Virus record (IMG/VR): IMGVR_UViG_3300045771_000049
Span: 88,148-152,147 of that record
Source of the DNA: a virus
Taxonomy: Duplodnaviria > Caudoviricetes
Reading direction: 5' to 3' (one strand)
DNA: 64,000 nucleotides
Shown: piece after piece, positions 51,255-61,237 of the stretch
Layout: each line of letters starts with the position of its first letter
How positions within the stretch are numbered: the first letter of the stretch is position 1
Notes under the pieces: model-generated
What the model saw: the letters and a program-made list of their open reading frames with translations, nothing else
What the model was told of the DNA's origin: nothing
Database searches by the model: none
Made by a program: the position numbers and the translations under genes

Positions 51255-53072
51255 TTAAACGCCGCGAGGAGCTTTCCTGCCTCGCGGCTTCTTTTTGTCC
51301 GGTGGCATGTCCTGGAAAGCGGGATTGCACTTTACGACACGCCATTTCCCAGCGTCATACACGCGCGGTATCTGTTCGGCAATGGCCATTTGTCGCTCTG
51401 TCATACCGGTGCCAACATATTTGGCGAATCGCTTGCTTGATTTACGAAGATTAAACTTGTGAATGCGCCGATTAGCGATTACGTACATGTAATCCGGGGC
51501 GATTTCTTTCTCGACCGTAAAGCCAAGGATCGTGTATAGCGCGCCCATGCTCCATCGCAGATCAACAAATGACTTGATGGTCTGCCAATTATACATGCGC
51601 TCAAACGCACACAATAACCGACTCGCACCACCCACGACCGAATTTTTGCTGGCATAACGAACCAATTCCCACCCTGCGGATGTTCGTTCTGTAAACGACA
51701 TACAAGCCACCAAATCGTGCTGGCTCCGCAGCCCGAGATGCACGGTGGCAGAGGCGCGACCGAAAACATGGTGAATGTCGTAAAATCCGGCCGCCTCGTG
51801 ATGGCTGATCGGTCCGAGAACGCACGATCGCGCATAGGTCTTGTGAGTGGTCAGACCAAGCCGGTGTCTGATGGTGGCGATCACTGCCTCAGGGTGGTCG
51901 ATCCATTCATCTTCGAAAACTTGAAGCAAGGTGATATTTTGGCGCAACGCCATCAATCGTTTTTTAGCATGATAGGCGCGATCCCGGCCGAATGCTTCGC
52001 TATGCCAGATCGCCCCACCGAATTCGACTCCAAGTCGATGTGTCGGAAAGTAATTATCAATCTGCTGCCAACAACGGCGATCGTTGTCTTTACCTTCTGG
52101 AATCAGAATGTCAACATTCCGCTCTGGTGGCATTATTTCACGTGCTAGACAGTCGGCAAAAGCGTTTTCGGCTGCACGATGATCACCGCCCGTATAATCT
52201 AGTTCGATGTTCCATCGATAGGCATACCGATGAATCAGAGACGGATCATATCCGGTTTCTGCGGCAATATCACCAGCGCGTCTGCCGGTGAAACGCCGGG
52301 CGAAATCGGTCTGGTCGATGATGCGATGTTGCGGCAGGATATGAAGCTGGGCGATATGCCCGCCGAACCGCTGTTCCATAGTCTGCTTCATTTTGTGCCG
52401 CACTACAGGTGAACAGGCGGGTGCGACACCGCCATAGCGAAGCAAGTTCGTCGCTTGGATTTTGGCTTGCACGACCGGATGCCGCGCCACATTGGATACC
52501 CCCCACGTGGCCCTTACCCCCGCTCGCATACGGACCTGATGTTCCGGTGAATGACTGATGTGGTCCACACCGTGGTTCAGTTGCGTCTTGTCGCGGATAA
52601 CCGCTTTGATCTCGTCAGACGCAAACACGTTTTTGGCGCCATATCTGACGAGATTGGTGGCCTCGGCCGTCTCGCGACGACTGACCAGTGATCCGGTGTT
52701 AGGCACCCCGTAGCGGTCCAGGCAGGTATCACGGATTTTTTCTTTTACATCCGCTGCCTGTGCGGCATTGGCGACGCCTCGTTTGGCAAAGTTGGTCGCC
52801 TCCGAAGTGGCTAGGAAATGCTCCATAAAACACGGGCAGACACGGCCGTTGCCGCAAAACTTCCATCCATCCGCAATCCGCACGATCGACCGATCGCGAC
52901 CGGCTGCACAGATGGCCGGACCATGCAACAACGTTGCAGCGGCACGACGAATATCGGTTTCTTCGATCTGACCCAACGCCAATTGCAATTCGGGGGTCAG
53001 CTTTGTAACCCACCCACCGCGCCACCGCAACAAATGTTGTCGCAGCACTTCCGCCAAAGGGTGGGTCATCAT
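51255..53072 (-). CDS. homing-endonuclease-like protein (repeats + Vsr/EDxHD-type nuclease + GNAT-like C-terminus)
   Basis: TxxxRYG repeats, VEFGGAIWHSE, VFEDEW, ELVRYAS..VVGGASRL, DLRWS.G.LY. Confidence 0.75.
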   Translation of the reverse strand: MMTHPLAEVLRQHLLRWRGGWVTKLTPELQLALGQIEETDIRRAAATLLHGPAICAAGRDRSIVRIADGWKFCGNGRVCPCFMEHFLATSEATNFAKRGVANAAQAADVKEKIRDTCLDRYGVPNTGSLVSRRETAEATNLVRYGAKNVFASDEIKAVIRDKTQLNHGVDHISHSPEHQVRMRAGVRATWGVSNVARHPVVQAKIQATNLLRYGGVAPACSPVVRHKMKQTMEQRFGGHIAQLHILPQHRIIDQTDFARRFTGRRAGDIAAETGYDPSLIHRYAYRWNIELDYTGGDHRAAENAFADCLAREIMPPERNVDILIPEGKDNDRRCWQQIDNYFPTHRLGVEFGGAIWHSEAFGRDRAYHAKKRLMALRQNITLLQVFEDEWIDHPEAVIATIRHRLGLTTHKTYARSCVLGPISHHEAAGFYDIHHVFGRASATVHLGLRSQHDLVACMSFTERTSAGWELVRYASKNSVVGGASRLLCAFERMYNWQTIKSFVDLRWSMGALYTILGFTVEKEIAPDYMYVIANRRIHKFNLRKSSKRFAKYVGTGMTERQMAIAEQIPRVYDAGKWRVVKCNPAFQDMPPDKKKPRGRKAPRGV

Positions 53073-53163
53073 TACACACCTTCCAAATTATACAAGATCG
53101 ACAATATTTATCGCTGGAAAGCAGGTTTTTTTGCTTTCGTCCACTAAAATGATGCCCGATCGC

Positions 53164-53169
53164 TAAATA
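53164..53169 (+). promoter_or_regulatory. T4-like late promoter core TAAATA (representative of about 20 copies in the window)
   Basis: TAAATA precedes head, tail and internal-protein genes on both strands (e.g. 5002, 6865, 9921, 9965, 50072, 53164). Confidence 0.75.
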
Positions 53170-53260
53170 TCGTTGTCGATATAACGTCCGGCCTATTGAA
53201 CCCAGATTTGCTTAGTCGATCACTTAGTTACGCATTATCGACTAAACAACGGTCAGGCTC

Positions 53261-53890
53261 ATGTTTTTAAGAGAACAACTTTCATTTTCACAAGCGCAGT
53301 GCGTCATCGAAGCCGCCGACAAGGAGGGTGGAGGTAAGGACCTCTACATGAAAGGCATTTTCATTCAGGGCGGGGTCCGCAATTTCAATGAGCGGATTTA
53401 TCCGGCTCGCGAAATCAAAAATGCCGTAGAAAATATCGATAAGCAACTGCGTGATGATTACAGCGTCATTGGTGAACTCGATCATCCTGAAGAACTAACG
53501 ATCAATCTAGATCGCGTGTCACACGCGATCACGGAAATCTGGATGGATGGCAACAACGGCATGGGCAAGTTGAAGATTTTATCAACGCCCAAGGGCAACA
53601 TCGTCAGAACGCTGATCGAATCTGGCGTCAAGCTAGGCGTTTCCAGCCGGGGGGTCGGGAATGTTGATGAGAGAGGCGAAGTTTCGGGATTTGAGATCAT
53701 TACGGTCGACATAGTAGCTAGACCCAGTGCGCCGGATGCCTATCCCAAGCCAGTTTACGAATCACTGAACAGCAAACGCGGGCGGATTATCTCCGACTTG
53801 TCCGAAGCGGCGGTGCACGACCCGATGGCGATGCGGTTTCTCAAACGGGAAATCCTGCGAGCCATTACTGAATTAAAATGGAAGATTTGA
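53261..53890 (+). CDS. prohead protease (T4 gp21-like)
   Basis: GIFIQ..N.N.RIYP, GELDHP, RVSH, TPKG, LGVSSRGVG, DIVARPSAPDA. Confidence 0.95.
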   Translation: MFLREQLSFSQAQCVIEAADKEGGGKDLYMKGIFIQGGVRNFNERIYPAREIKNAVENIDKQLRDDYSVIGELDHPEELTINLDRVSHAITEIWMDGNNGMGKLKILSTPKGNIVRTLIESGVKLGVSSRGVGNVDERGEVSGFEIITVDIVARPSAPDAYPKPVYESLNSKRGRIISDLSEAAVHDPMAMRFLKREILRAITELKWKI

Positions 53891-53909
53891 CCATAGGAGA
53901 AATGTTCTA

Positions 53910-55148
53910 ATGGAGAACATCAAAAAGCTTCTGAGCGACGGCAACCTCCCCGAGGAGATTGTTAGCTCGTTGCAAGAAGCCTTCGATAAGAAGGTCGAGG
54001 AAGTCCGCGAACAGGCAGAAATGACCATTCGCGAAGATTTCGCTAGACGTTACGAACACGACAAGGAAGTGCTGGTCGAGGCGGTCGATCGCATGCTGAC
54101 CGATGCCGTGCAGAAGCAAGCGGATGAGAAGGCTGCCGAAGTCGGCAAGTTTGTCGATGCCCGCAATGCCTTCCGCCGAGGCATCAAGGAAAGCAAACGC
54201 ACCTATCGCGCCAAGCTCAATGAGCATGCGGTGGCCGCACGCACCGCTGTCTCGACCAAGCTAAAGGAAGAGATTCTGAAACTGCGCGAGCAGAAGAAGG
54301 TGCTCAATCGCGAGCGGCTCCGGTTTGCCGACAAGTACAATGCCGTCAAAGAATCACTGACGAACGATCACGTCAAGCGCGTGCGCAAGATCGACGAATT
54401 CGTCGTTCGGCAAGTGACCAAGGAGCTTGCTGAGTTCCAGCAGGACCAGAAGGCGTTGGTGGCCACCCGGCTCAAGCTGGTGAAGGAAGGCCGTAAGAAG
54501 CTCAACGAAACCCAGGGCCGTTTCGTCAAACAGGCCGCCTCCAAGGTGGAACGGGTCATCAATGAAACGTTGAAGACCGAAATGACCCAACTGCACGAGG
54601 ACCTGGAACGCAATCGCCAGAACATGTTCGGTCGGCGCATTTTTGAAAGTGTCGCGGCGGAATTCATGACCTCGTATTTGGCAGAAGGCACCGAGATGCG
54701 CAAGCTGCAATTGGCCGTCGAAGCGCGCGACACTGAGCTTAAAGAAGCCAAGAGCACTCGTGACGCGGCGGTGAAAGACAGCCACATCGCGTTACGCAAG
54801 GCCAAGATCGCAGAGGATCGGGTGGTACGCTCGAAGACCCTTGGCGAATTACTGATCAATTTGCGTGGCGACAAGCGTCAGGTGATGGAGGGCATGCTGG
54901 AAACAGTCCGCACCGAAGCCCTGCGCGAGTCATTCAACAAGCTCTTGCCGGTGGTTCTCGATGAAACCACACGCGTGAAATCAGCGACGCCCCAAAAGCG
55001 CGTGCTGAGCGAAACGCGGATCGATAAGCCCAACGTCGTGTCCGGTGAACAACGGGGCAACCGACTAGCAGAAGCGGTGCAAGCCGAGGCCTATGACATC
55101 GATCCCGAGATCGCGCAGGTAATTAGACTTGCCGGTATTACTAGATAA
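53910..55148 (+). CDS. prohead scaffolding protein (gp22-like)
   Basis: Coiled coil between protease and capsid genes; GRRIFE motif. Confidence 0.8.
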   Translation: MENIKKLLSDGNLPEEIVSSLQEAFDKKVEEVREQAEMTIREDFARRYEHDKEVLVEAVDRMLTDAVQKQADEKAAEVGKFVDARNAFRRGIKESKRTYRAKLNEHAVAARTAVSTKLKEEILKLREQKKVLNRERLRFADKYNAVKESLTNDHVKRVRKIDEFVVRQVTKELAEFQQDQKALVATRLKLVKEGRKKLNETQGRFVKQAASKVERVINETLKTEMTQLHEDLERNRQNMFGRRIFESVAAEFMTSYLAEGTEMRKLQLAVEARDTELKEAKSTRDAAVKDSHIALRKAKIAEDRVVRSKTLGELLINLRGDKRQVMEGMLETVRTEALRESFNKLLPVVLDETTRVKSATPQKRVLSETRIDKPNVVSGEQRGNRLAEAVQAEAYDIDPEIAQVIRLAGITR

Positions 55149-55166
55149 TTTTCAGGAGTTCAATTA

Positions 55167-56381
55167 ATGAACAAGCTGTTTGAAACACAGTGGAAACAGA
55201 CCAAGGCAGCGCTTTGCGAGGGCCGCGATCTCACCCACAATCAAGACGGGACCGCAAATCCCAACAAGCGCCAGACCATGGACACCATCCTGGAAAATAC
55301 CCGGCGTGAACTACGGCTGATGGAAGCCGCGACCAATGGCGCGACGAACGCCTCATCCGTGGCGACGCTGAACCGCGTTATTCTTCCCGTTATTCGCCGT
55401 GTCATGCCCACGGTAATTGCAAATGAAATTATCGGCGTCCAGCCGATGACAGGACCAGTCGCGCAAATCCATACGCTGCGTGTGCGTTATGCCGATACTA
55501 TTCCGGCAGCGGGCGGCGGAATTTCGGCTGGTGCCGAAGCATTGTCGCCGTTCAACATCGCCAATTACTACTCTGGCAATGGTTCTGTAGCCACTCCGGC
55601 TGCTGCGTCTACGACCTATCTTGAAGGCACTGGTGGAAATCGTCTGAGCATTCAGATTTTGAAAGAAGTCGTCGAAGCAAAGACCCGCAAGCTGGCGGCT
55701 CGTTGGACCTTTGAAGCGGCACAGGATGCGCAAGCACAGCAAGGGCTTGACATCGAGGCCGAGATCATGGCGGCACTAGCGCAGGAAATAACGGCCGAAA
55801 TTGATCAAGAAATCATCAACTTCTTGATTGCTCTACCCGGCGCTGCTACTAGCACCTTTGCTATGTCCAATGTCACGGGAACCCCCACTTTTGTTGGAGA
55901 CGTGCATGCTGCACTTGCGATCCTGGTAAACCGTCAGGCAAACCTCATCGCGGCAAGAACTCGTCGTGGCGCAGGCAACTGGTGCGTAGTATCCCCGACT
56001 GCTTTGACCATCTTGCAGTCTGCGACGACTTCCGCCTTCGCCCGTACTACTGAGGGAGTATTTGAAGCCCCAACTAATACCAAGTTCGTTGGCACTTTGA
56101 ACAATGCAATGAGGGTCTACGTCAATCAATACGCTGCCGATAATACCCCGGTGCTAATTGGTTACAAAGGCAACGATATCGATGCGGCAGCGTTCTATTG
56201 CCCATATGTACCATTGACGAGTTCCGGCGTGGTGATTGATCCCCAAACGTTCGAACCAGTCGTTAGCTTTATGACACGTTATGGTTTCATTGCTTTAACG
56301 AACACAGCCTCCAGCCTTGGCAACGCGGCTGACTATGTTGGACTCGTTGCAATAGACACATCGAGCTTGACCTTTATTTGA
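55167..56381 (+). CDS. major capsid protein (T4 gp23-like)
   Basis: IRRVMP..GVQPMTGP, AKTRKLAARWTFEAAQD, EIDQEI, FYCPYVPL, FMTRYG. Confidence 0.97.
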   Translation: MNKLFETQWKQTKAALCEGRDLTHNQDGTANPNKRQTMDTILENTRRELRLMEAATNGATNASSVATLNRVILPVIRRVMPTVIANEIIGVQPMTGPVAQIHTLRVRYADTIPAAGGGISAGAEALSPFNIANYYSGNGSVATPAAASTTYLEGTGGNRLSIQILKEVVEAKTRKLAARWTFEAAQDAQAQQGLDIEAEIMAALAQEITAEIDQEIINFLIALPGAATSTFAMSNVTGTPTFVGDVHAALAILVNRQANLIAARTRRGAGNWCVVSPTALTILQSATTSAFARTTEGVFEAPTNTKFVGTLNNAMRVYVNQYAADNTPVLIGYKGNDIDAAAFYCPYVPLTSSGVVIDPQTFEPVVSFMTRYGFIALTNTASSLGNAADYVGLVAIDTSSLTFI

Positions 56382-56404
56382 TTTCTTTCGTAACTAAAGC
56401 CTCT

Positions 56405-56432
56405 AAAAACCGGCCTCGATGGCCGGTTTTTT
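56405..56432 (+). terminator. intrinsic (possibly bidirectional) terminator after the capsid gene
   Basis: AAAAACCGGCC-TCGAT-GGCCGGTTTTTT. Confidence 0.88.
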
Positions 56433-56439
56433 AATGTTC

Positions 56440-56652
56440 GGTGGCATTCTCGCCTCATCTCGCCCGGCTACGATCCAGCCACGAACACGGTTCACAGCTT
56501 CCATGGGGATTTCTGGCACGGCAACCCAGCGCAGTTCGCCCCGACGATTTCGTGACGAACTGGTGCGGCAACTTGGCTATAATCTTATCGTCATGTGGGA
56601 GACCGACTGGAAACCCGAGTATAGGCGCCGTAGGGTAAGATTAGTGAAATAG
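56440..56652 (+). pseudogene. remnant of a Vsr-like endonuclease
   Basis: FHGDFWHGNP in one frame and LGYNLIVMWETDW in another. Confidence 0.6.
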
Positions 56653-56714
56653 CTTAGTGACATGCCATTGAACACGCGATAATTGGTCGCATCAACCATC
56701 TGACTGGTGAACCT

Positions 56715-58418
56715 ATGCTCGAACGTTTAAATCAACTGATCGCAAAAGCGGGCCTTAAACAATGGTCATTCGCACTTCGCAGAGACCATGAGTTCCTCGA
56801 CTGGATCGATGCTCAAACTACGGATATGCCCTCTGACACGTCATTCCCGATCCGCGTGTTTTCGGCCGTGCACAATGAACGTCCCCTGTGTCCGCAAGGT
56901 CGGCAACGGACCTTGAAATCGATTGTTGATGGCTGGAGATTCTGTGGGAAGACCGGCCAGTGCGCTTGCGCCAGGGAATCGGTATCAGCCAATGTCAGTA
57001 AAACCAAATCGCTGGACACCGAAGAAGAAAGATTAGCCACTCAGCAAAAACGCGAACAAACGAATTTAGGGCGCTATGGTCACGTCAATACTGGTCAGAC
57101 CGAGACGGCCAAAACTGCCCATGCCGCGTTCTACTCGAACCAAGACAACATCAAGGCCCAGCTTCGGAAGCAGGTCGCCACCATGCAACAGAGATACGGC
57201 GTTACCAACCCCGCCCATCTGCGTGCGGTCGGCGAGCAGAAACAGATGACCATGCGAGTTCGCCATGGCGTCAGCAATCCGATGCAAAGTAAATCAATCG
57301 CCGTCCGATCGATTGCGACCCGCTTGGCAAACGGCTACGCCGAGTCCTATTATCGGAGAAACTACGATCGGATGAAGACGCGACTGATGGAGGATTGTAA
57401 GCTAATCCTGCTCACATCATTCGAAAATTATACCGGAGTGGCCGGAGCGCCGCTGGTGTCATTAAGTTGCCCGACCTGCGCACGAAACATCGAATGGCGA
57501 ATCGATTATGGTCATCAGCCGCGCTGCGCGGCATGCAATCCTCGTCCAATCAACTACAAATCCAAAGAGGAAATCGAAGTTTATAATTACATCTGTTCCG
57601 ATTTAGGGATCGCCAGAGTCATCTCCGGCGATCGCAGACTCATCGGCCCCTACGAGATCGATATTCTCAGCGAGGAACACAAATTAGCCATTGAATATTG
57701 CGGTCTCTACTGGCACAGCGAGAGTCAACGAATCAATCGGAACTATCATCTCAAAAAACACAATGCGGTGGAAAAACAGGGCTATCGTCTTCTTACGTTG
57801 TTCAGTGACGAATGGTTAGATCACTCTGAAATCGTCAAGAGCAAAATCGGCCATCTGTTTGGCTGTACTCCGGACCGTCGCTTTGCCCGCAGCCTTCAGG
57901 TTGCCGAAATCAACAATAAGGAAGCTGCGTGTTTCTACACAATCGCCCACATTCAAGGGCCGGTTGACGCCACCAAGCACCTCGCACTTACTGACCGTGG
58001 CAAGATTGTTTGCGCAATGTCATTCATCAATGCCAGAGAAAGTCGCGGTCTGATGTCTGGGGCATCTGAATTGGTTCGCTATGCTTCCCTGCCTTTTATC
58101 ACCGTGGTTGGCGGCGCCTCACGGTTATTCGCCCATTTCATCAAAGATCACTCGCCGATCGCGGTTATCAGCTATGCAGATCGACGATGGAGCGACGGCG
58201 GCCTGTATCGAAAACTGGGATTTACGTTGGAGCACACCACAGCGCCAGATTATAGCTATGTCGAGAATCATCGATATCGCCATTTCCGTTTCGGCTTCCG
58301 CAAGGATGTCTTGAAAAGTGTTCTGGGCGACTTTGACGATACCGAATGGGAGGTGATGCGCGCTCTTGATTACGATCGCATCTGGGACTGCGGCAAATAC
58401 CGCTTTGTCTGGTCATAG
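56715..58418 (+). CDS. homing-endonuclease-like protein (paralog of 51255-53072)
   Basis: GWRFCG, RYG repeats, CxxC pairs, AIEYCGLYWHSE, LFSDEW, VVGGASRL, RIWDCGK. Confidence 0.78.
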   Translation: MLERLNQLIAKAGLKQWSFALRRDHEFLDWIDAQTTDMPSDTSFPIRVFSAVHNERPLCPQGRQRTLKSIVDGWRFCGKTGQCACARESVSANVSKTKSLDTEEERLATQQKREQTNLGRYGHVNTGQTETAKTAHAAFYSNQDNIKAQLRKQVATMQQRYGVTNPAHLRAVGEQKQMTMRVRHGVSNPMQSKSIAVRSIATRLANGYAESYYRRNYDRMKTRLMEDCKLILLTSFENYTGVAGAPLVSLSCPTCARNIEWRIDYGHQPRCAACNPRPINYKSKEEIEVYNYICSDLGIARVISGDRRLIGPYEIDILSEEHKLAIEYCGLYWHSESQRINRNYHLKKHNAVEKQGYRLLTLFSDEWLDHSEIVKSKIGHLFGCTPDRRFARSLQVAEINNKEAACFYTIAHIQGPVDATKHLALTDRGKIVCAMSFINARESRGLMSGASELVRYASLPFITVVGGASRLFAHFIKDHSPIAVISYADRRWSDGGLYRKLGFTLEHTTAPDYSYVENHRYRHFRFGFRKDVLKSVLGDFDDTEWEVMRALDYDRIWDCGKYRFVWS

Positions 58419-58459
58419 TTGGCCCTCACGATTGATAATATAGCTTAGGAGGATTTGTA

Positions 58460-58804
58460 ATGAATCACGATATGACTGACCAAGAGCGGATGATGGAAGA
58501 GGCTGAAACCCGCAGTATGCGTGCGGGATCAATCCTGTACCATAGTGCGGTGTTACACGCATTCGAGGCGGAGGATCAGGAAGGGGCGTGGTGCGAGGAT
58601 ATCTTGTTTAGCCTGTGGTGGGACCTCACCCGCCACGTGCGCACCAAGAAGGGCTTCACCCAGGAGGATATGCATCGGATCGTCGATCATATCATGAAGC
58701 CGGAGGGTGACACCGACGCTGCCATCGAAGCCCGGCGCGACGGCCGGGTGGTCAGCATCGCCCAGTTCAAGGCACCGAAGAAGGCGAACCAAAAACCAAA
58801 CTAA
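58460..58804 (+). CDS. hypothetical protein
   Basis: AGGAGG ribosome-binding site. Confidence 0.7.
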   Translation: MNHDMTDQERMMEEAETRSMRAGSILYHSAVLHAFEAEDQEGAWCEDILFSLWWDLTRHVRTKKGFTQEDMHRIVDHIMKPEGDTDAAIEARRDGRVVSIAQFKAPKKANQKPN

Positions 58805-58852
58805 CCCACGCCGAGCCTTGGAGAAGCAACCTTCTCCAAGGCGATAATCGAT

Positions 58853-59014
58853 TTAGAACCGCAGACGACGAACGCCCGAGCGCGGCGCCACCATGTGCCA
58901 CAACAGCGCGATGAGAATGCCAAAAATAATCACAAACACCAAAGACTTGATTGCGTGAAACACGAGGAACACGCAGGTGATGATGATCAGACCGATGAGA
59001 AACAATCGAAGCAC
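58853..59014 (-). CDS. small two-helix membrane protein (53 aa)
   Basis: AAAGGA then GTG; MLRLFLIGLIIITCVFLVFHAIKSLVFVIIFGILIALLW...RRLRF (not in ORF track). Confidence 0.55.
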   Translation of the reverse strand: MLRLFLIGLIIITCVFLVFHAIKSLVFVIIFGILIALLWHMVAPRSGVRRLRF

Positions 59015-59125
59015 GGTAATTTCCTTTGTTAGAGACGCCTAGGTATATGGGCGGTCGCGAAGACATTTCCACCAAGTCATCGCCCCATCGTTGATATTGA
59101 CAAGTCCTCATGATTATGACGTGGC

Positions 59126-59794
59126 TTGACGCGCGCAAATTTCGGAGTACAAGGCGAATTACGCCCTTCGTCCAGCCCCGGAGTTAAGAGCATGATACGG
59201 ACCCCCAGCCCTCATCGGTCTCGCAGCGTTGCCGCACGTGCCCATGATCCTGCCCCGACCACGCCGTTTGAAATCGCGGGTAGTTTGCCACGGTTGCAGC
59301 GAAATGCGCGTTACTTATTGGCTCGTCTGAATGAGAATTTCACCGATAAACCGATTTTCACCCGTGAGGATTGCCTGCACGTGGCGTTTTCCGAGGTGGC
59401 AACGATAACGCGGTATGCCTACATCCGAGAAACCTTGCGCTACCTGATCGACGAGACCGCCCAGGTGGTGGAGATCAGCAGCACCGAACTGACGCTACAA
59501 GCCAATCATCAACGCGCGGTGCGCCAGCAAGGTCTCAGTTATCTGGCGACCGTTGCTCGTTTGATCCGGGAGCGATTTGCCGAGCAGCCCTTTACTATCA
59601 CGGACCTGATCGACGCCTGGACCTCGGACCAACTCTTGACACGGAACGGCAAACGTGTGGCAATCCGGGGTTGTCTCGCTCAACTGATTAAGGAGAAGCA
59701 GGTGGAAAGGCGTGAGGATTACACCTACGTGGCGAAAATACCCACGATGAAAGCGGCGGCGAAGGCGAACGCCAGGGTAAAGGTGTCTGGATGA
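59126..59794 (+). CDS. putative winged-helix DNA-binding protein
   Basis: Two similar FT..D...IR..L..L modules; start probably MIRTP. Confidence 0.5.
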   Translation: MTRANFGVQGELRPSSSPGVKSMIRTPSPHRSRSVAARAHDPAPTTPFEIAGSLPRLQRNARYLLARLNENFTDKPIFTREDCLHVAFSEVATITRYAYIRETLRYLIDETAQVVEISSTELTLQANHQRAVRQQGLSYLATVARLIRERFAEQPFTITDLIDAWTSDQLLTRNGKRVAIRGCLAQLIKEKQVERREDYTYVAKIPTMKAAAKANARVKVSG

Positions 59795-60291
59795 GTGATT
59801 TAAATGATTTTCCAACCGATCATATCATGGTCATACGCATTCCAGCAATTGCCGATCTCGGTGTGGTTCACCAGGGCGACCACCTCATAATCATCCCTGG
59901 GCGAGGCGTGGTGGCAGTGGACACCCGCCGGGACCCAGCGGAGGCTGTTTGGCGCGCAGCCCCCGTGATGCCCCCGGCAGACGCAATTAAGACCGAGCCC
60001 GCCAGCGTTTCGCAGAAGCTGACGACCATTACCCTGGATCGTGTGCGTGCCGTGTTCCAGGAACATGGTCCATCAACCACGCTTCAAGTGGGCGATGCGT
60101 TGCGGATTGATCGGCAAAACAGGCCGTCGCGCGACCGGGTAAAGCGAGTGGTGCGGATTCTCCGCGACAAAGGCGTTATCATCAACGATGGCAAGCCACG
60201 GCGCAATCATACCCGGTATAAAATGGCGGCCGACGCTCAATCAAAGCCGCACGATGCGGGGCCGCTCAAGAAGGAAACAGCCGAGGCATAA
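59791..60291 (+). CDS. putative winged-helix protein
   Basis: HGPSTTLQV..LRDKGVI...RY; overlaps the upstream stop (ATGA). Confidence 0.55.
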   Translation: MSDLNDFPTDHIMVIRIPAIADLGVVHQGDHLIIIPGRGVVAVDTRRDPAEAVWRAAPVMPPADAIKTEPASVSQKLTTITLDRVRAVFQEHGPSTTLQVGDALRIDRQNRPSRDRVKRVVRILRDKGVIINDGKPRRNHTRYKMAADAQSKPHDAGPLKKETAEA

Positions 60292-60476
60292 TACCGATCG
60301 CAGCGTTCAATGTTGCCATGCTCAAGCGCAGCATTGATCGCTGCGGTGGCCCGATCCGCCGGAAGTTGGTATTTGTGCATCAGCAGATTGCGAACTTCGA
60401 TGACTGACGATCCTTGACCGAGCAAGAAACAGCAGCGGATTACCTTATAGTCGTCGTCGCTTTGTATTGCGAACAT
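60237..60476 (-). CDS. hypothetical protein
   Basis: 79-aa ORF continuing the minus-strand operon. Confidence 0.5.
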   Translation of the reverse strand: MFAIQSDDDYKVIRCCFLLGQGSSVIEVRNLLMHKYQLPADRATAAINAALEHGNIERCDRYYASAVSFLSGPASCGFD

Positions 60477-60478
60477 AT

Positions 60479-60898
60479 TTAATTTCCATCACCTGTGTAA
60501 ACAGAACCGGCCCAAGCCAGCTTAAAGTGCACGATCGCGGCGATATCCCACACGCGCAGGCTCCAGAATGTCTCGGTCAAAATATATGACCAGATGCCGT
60601 CTGGACATCGTTCGCAATCATAGGGGTCATGACGCATCAAGGTCAAATCGTTTTGCCGCGTTTCACAGATCAATTTGCGCGGATACCATCGCGTCGGGGA
60701 ACCGATTGAGATCAGGCACCAGGGCAGCATTTCACGGGTGAAGCTGTTGGTTGGATCATTGACGCTCGGCCGCTTGATCGGCAGCCATGCCACGCGTCGC
60801 CCAATCAGCAACAACCCATCGCTATCGAGCGTCACGAGCCGCTCGTGTGGACTTGATCGTAAACGATTCACCACAACCACAGAGACGGTGTTCGGCAT
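60479..60898 (-). CDS. hypothetical protein (C-terminal FKLxW family)
   Basis: Ends DIAAIVHFKLAW; start uncertain. Confidence 0.55.
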   Translation of the reverse strand: MPNTVSVVVVNRLRSSPHERLVTLDSDGLLLIGRRVAWLPIKRPSVNDPTNSFTREMLPWCLISIGSPTRWYPRKLICETRQNDLTLMRHDPYDCERCPDGIWSYILTETFWSLRVWDIAAIVHFKLAWAGSVYTGDGN

Positions 60899-61166
60899 GC
60901 TGGAACTGAAAACCGGGCGTCAGCCCATCGCCCAGGTAGTCGATGGTCAGGTCCTTCATCCAGCGCTGGGCGCTGGGTTCGATGATCAGGATACCGTTGT
61001 CGAGCAGCACATGATCGATTGAGCCGGTGCCGCTAAAGTTCAAGGAAAACTTGTTACCGCCGCAGCCTTTGTTAGCGACGCCAAGAAAAAGTCTGTCGCT
61101 TTTATTGCGATTCAGTAGATCAATCAATCGATTGCGCGCAGTTTCGGTAATCGTAAGTTCTTGCAT
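60822..61166 (-). CDS. HesB/IscA-type Fe-S cluster assembly protein
   Basis: ITETA, GCGG, TIDY, CGCGESF. Confidence 0.9.
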   Translation of the reverse strand: MQELTITETARNRLIDLLNRNKSDRLFLGVANKGCGGNKFSLNFSGTGSIDHVLLDNGILIIEPSAQRWMKDLTIDYLGDGLTPGFQFQHAEHRLCGCGESFTIKSTRAARDAR

Positions 61167-61237
61167 GCAATTATTTAGTTGCGCGGTTTCGACCAGATCA
61201 ACTAAAGCTGCGTTGTCACCAACCGAAGCGGATCAAA

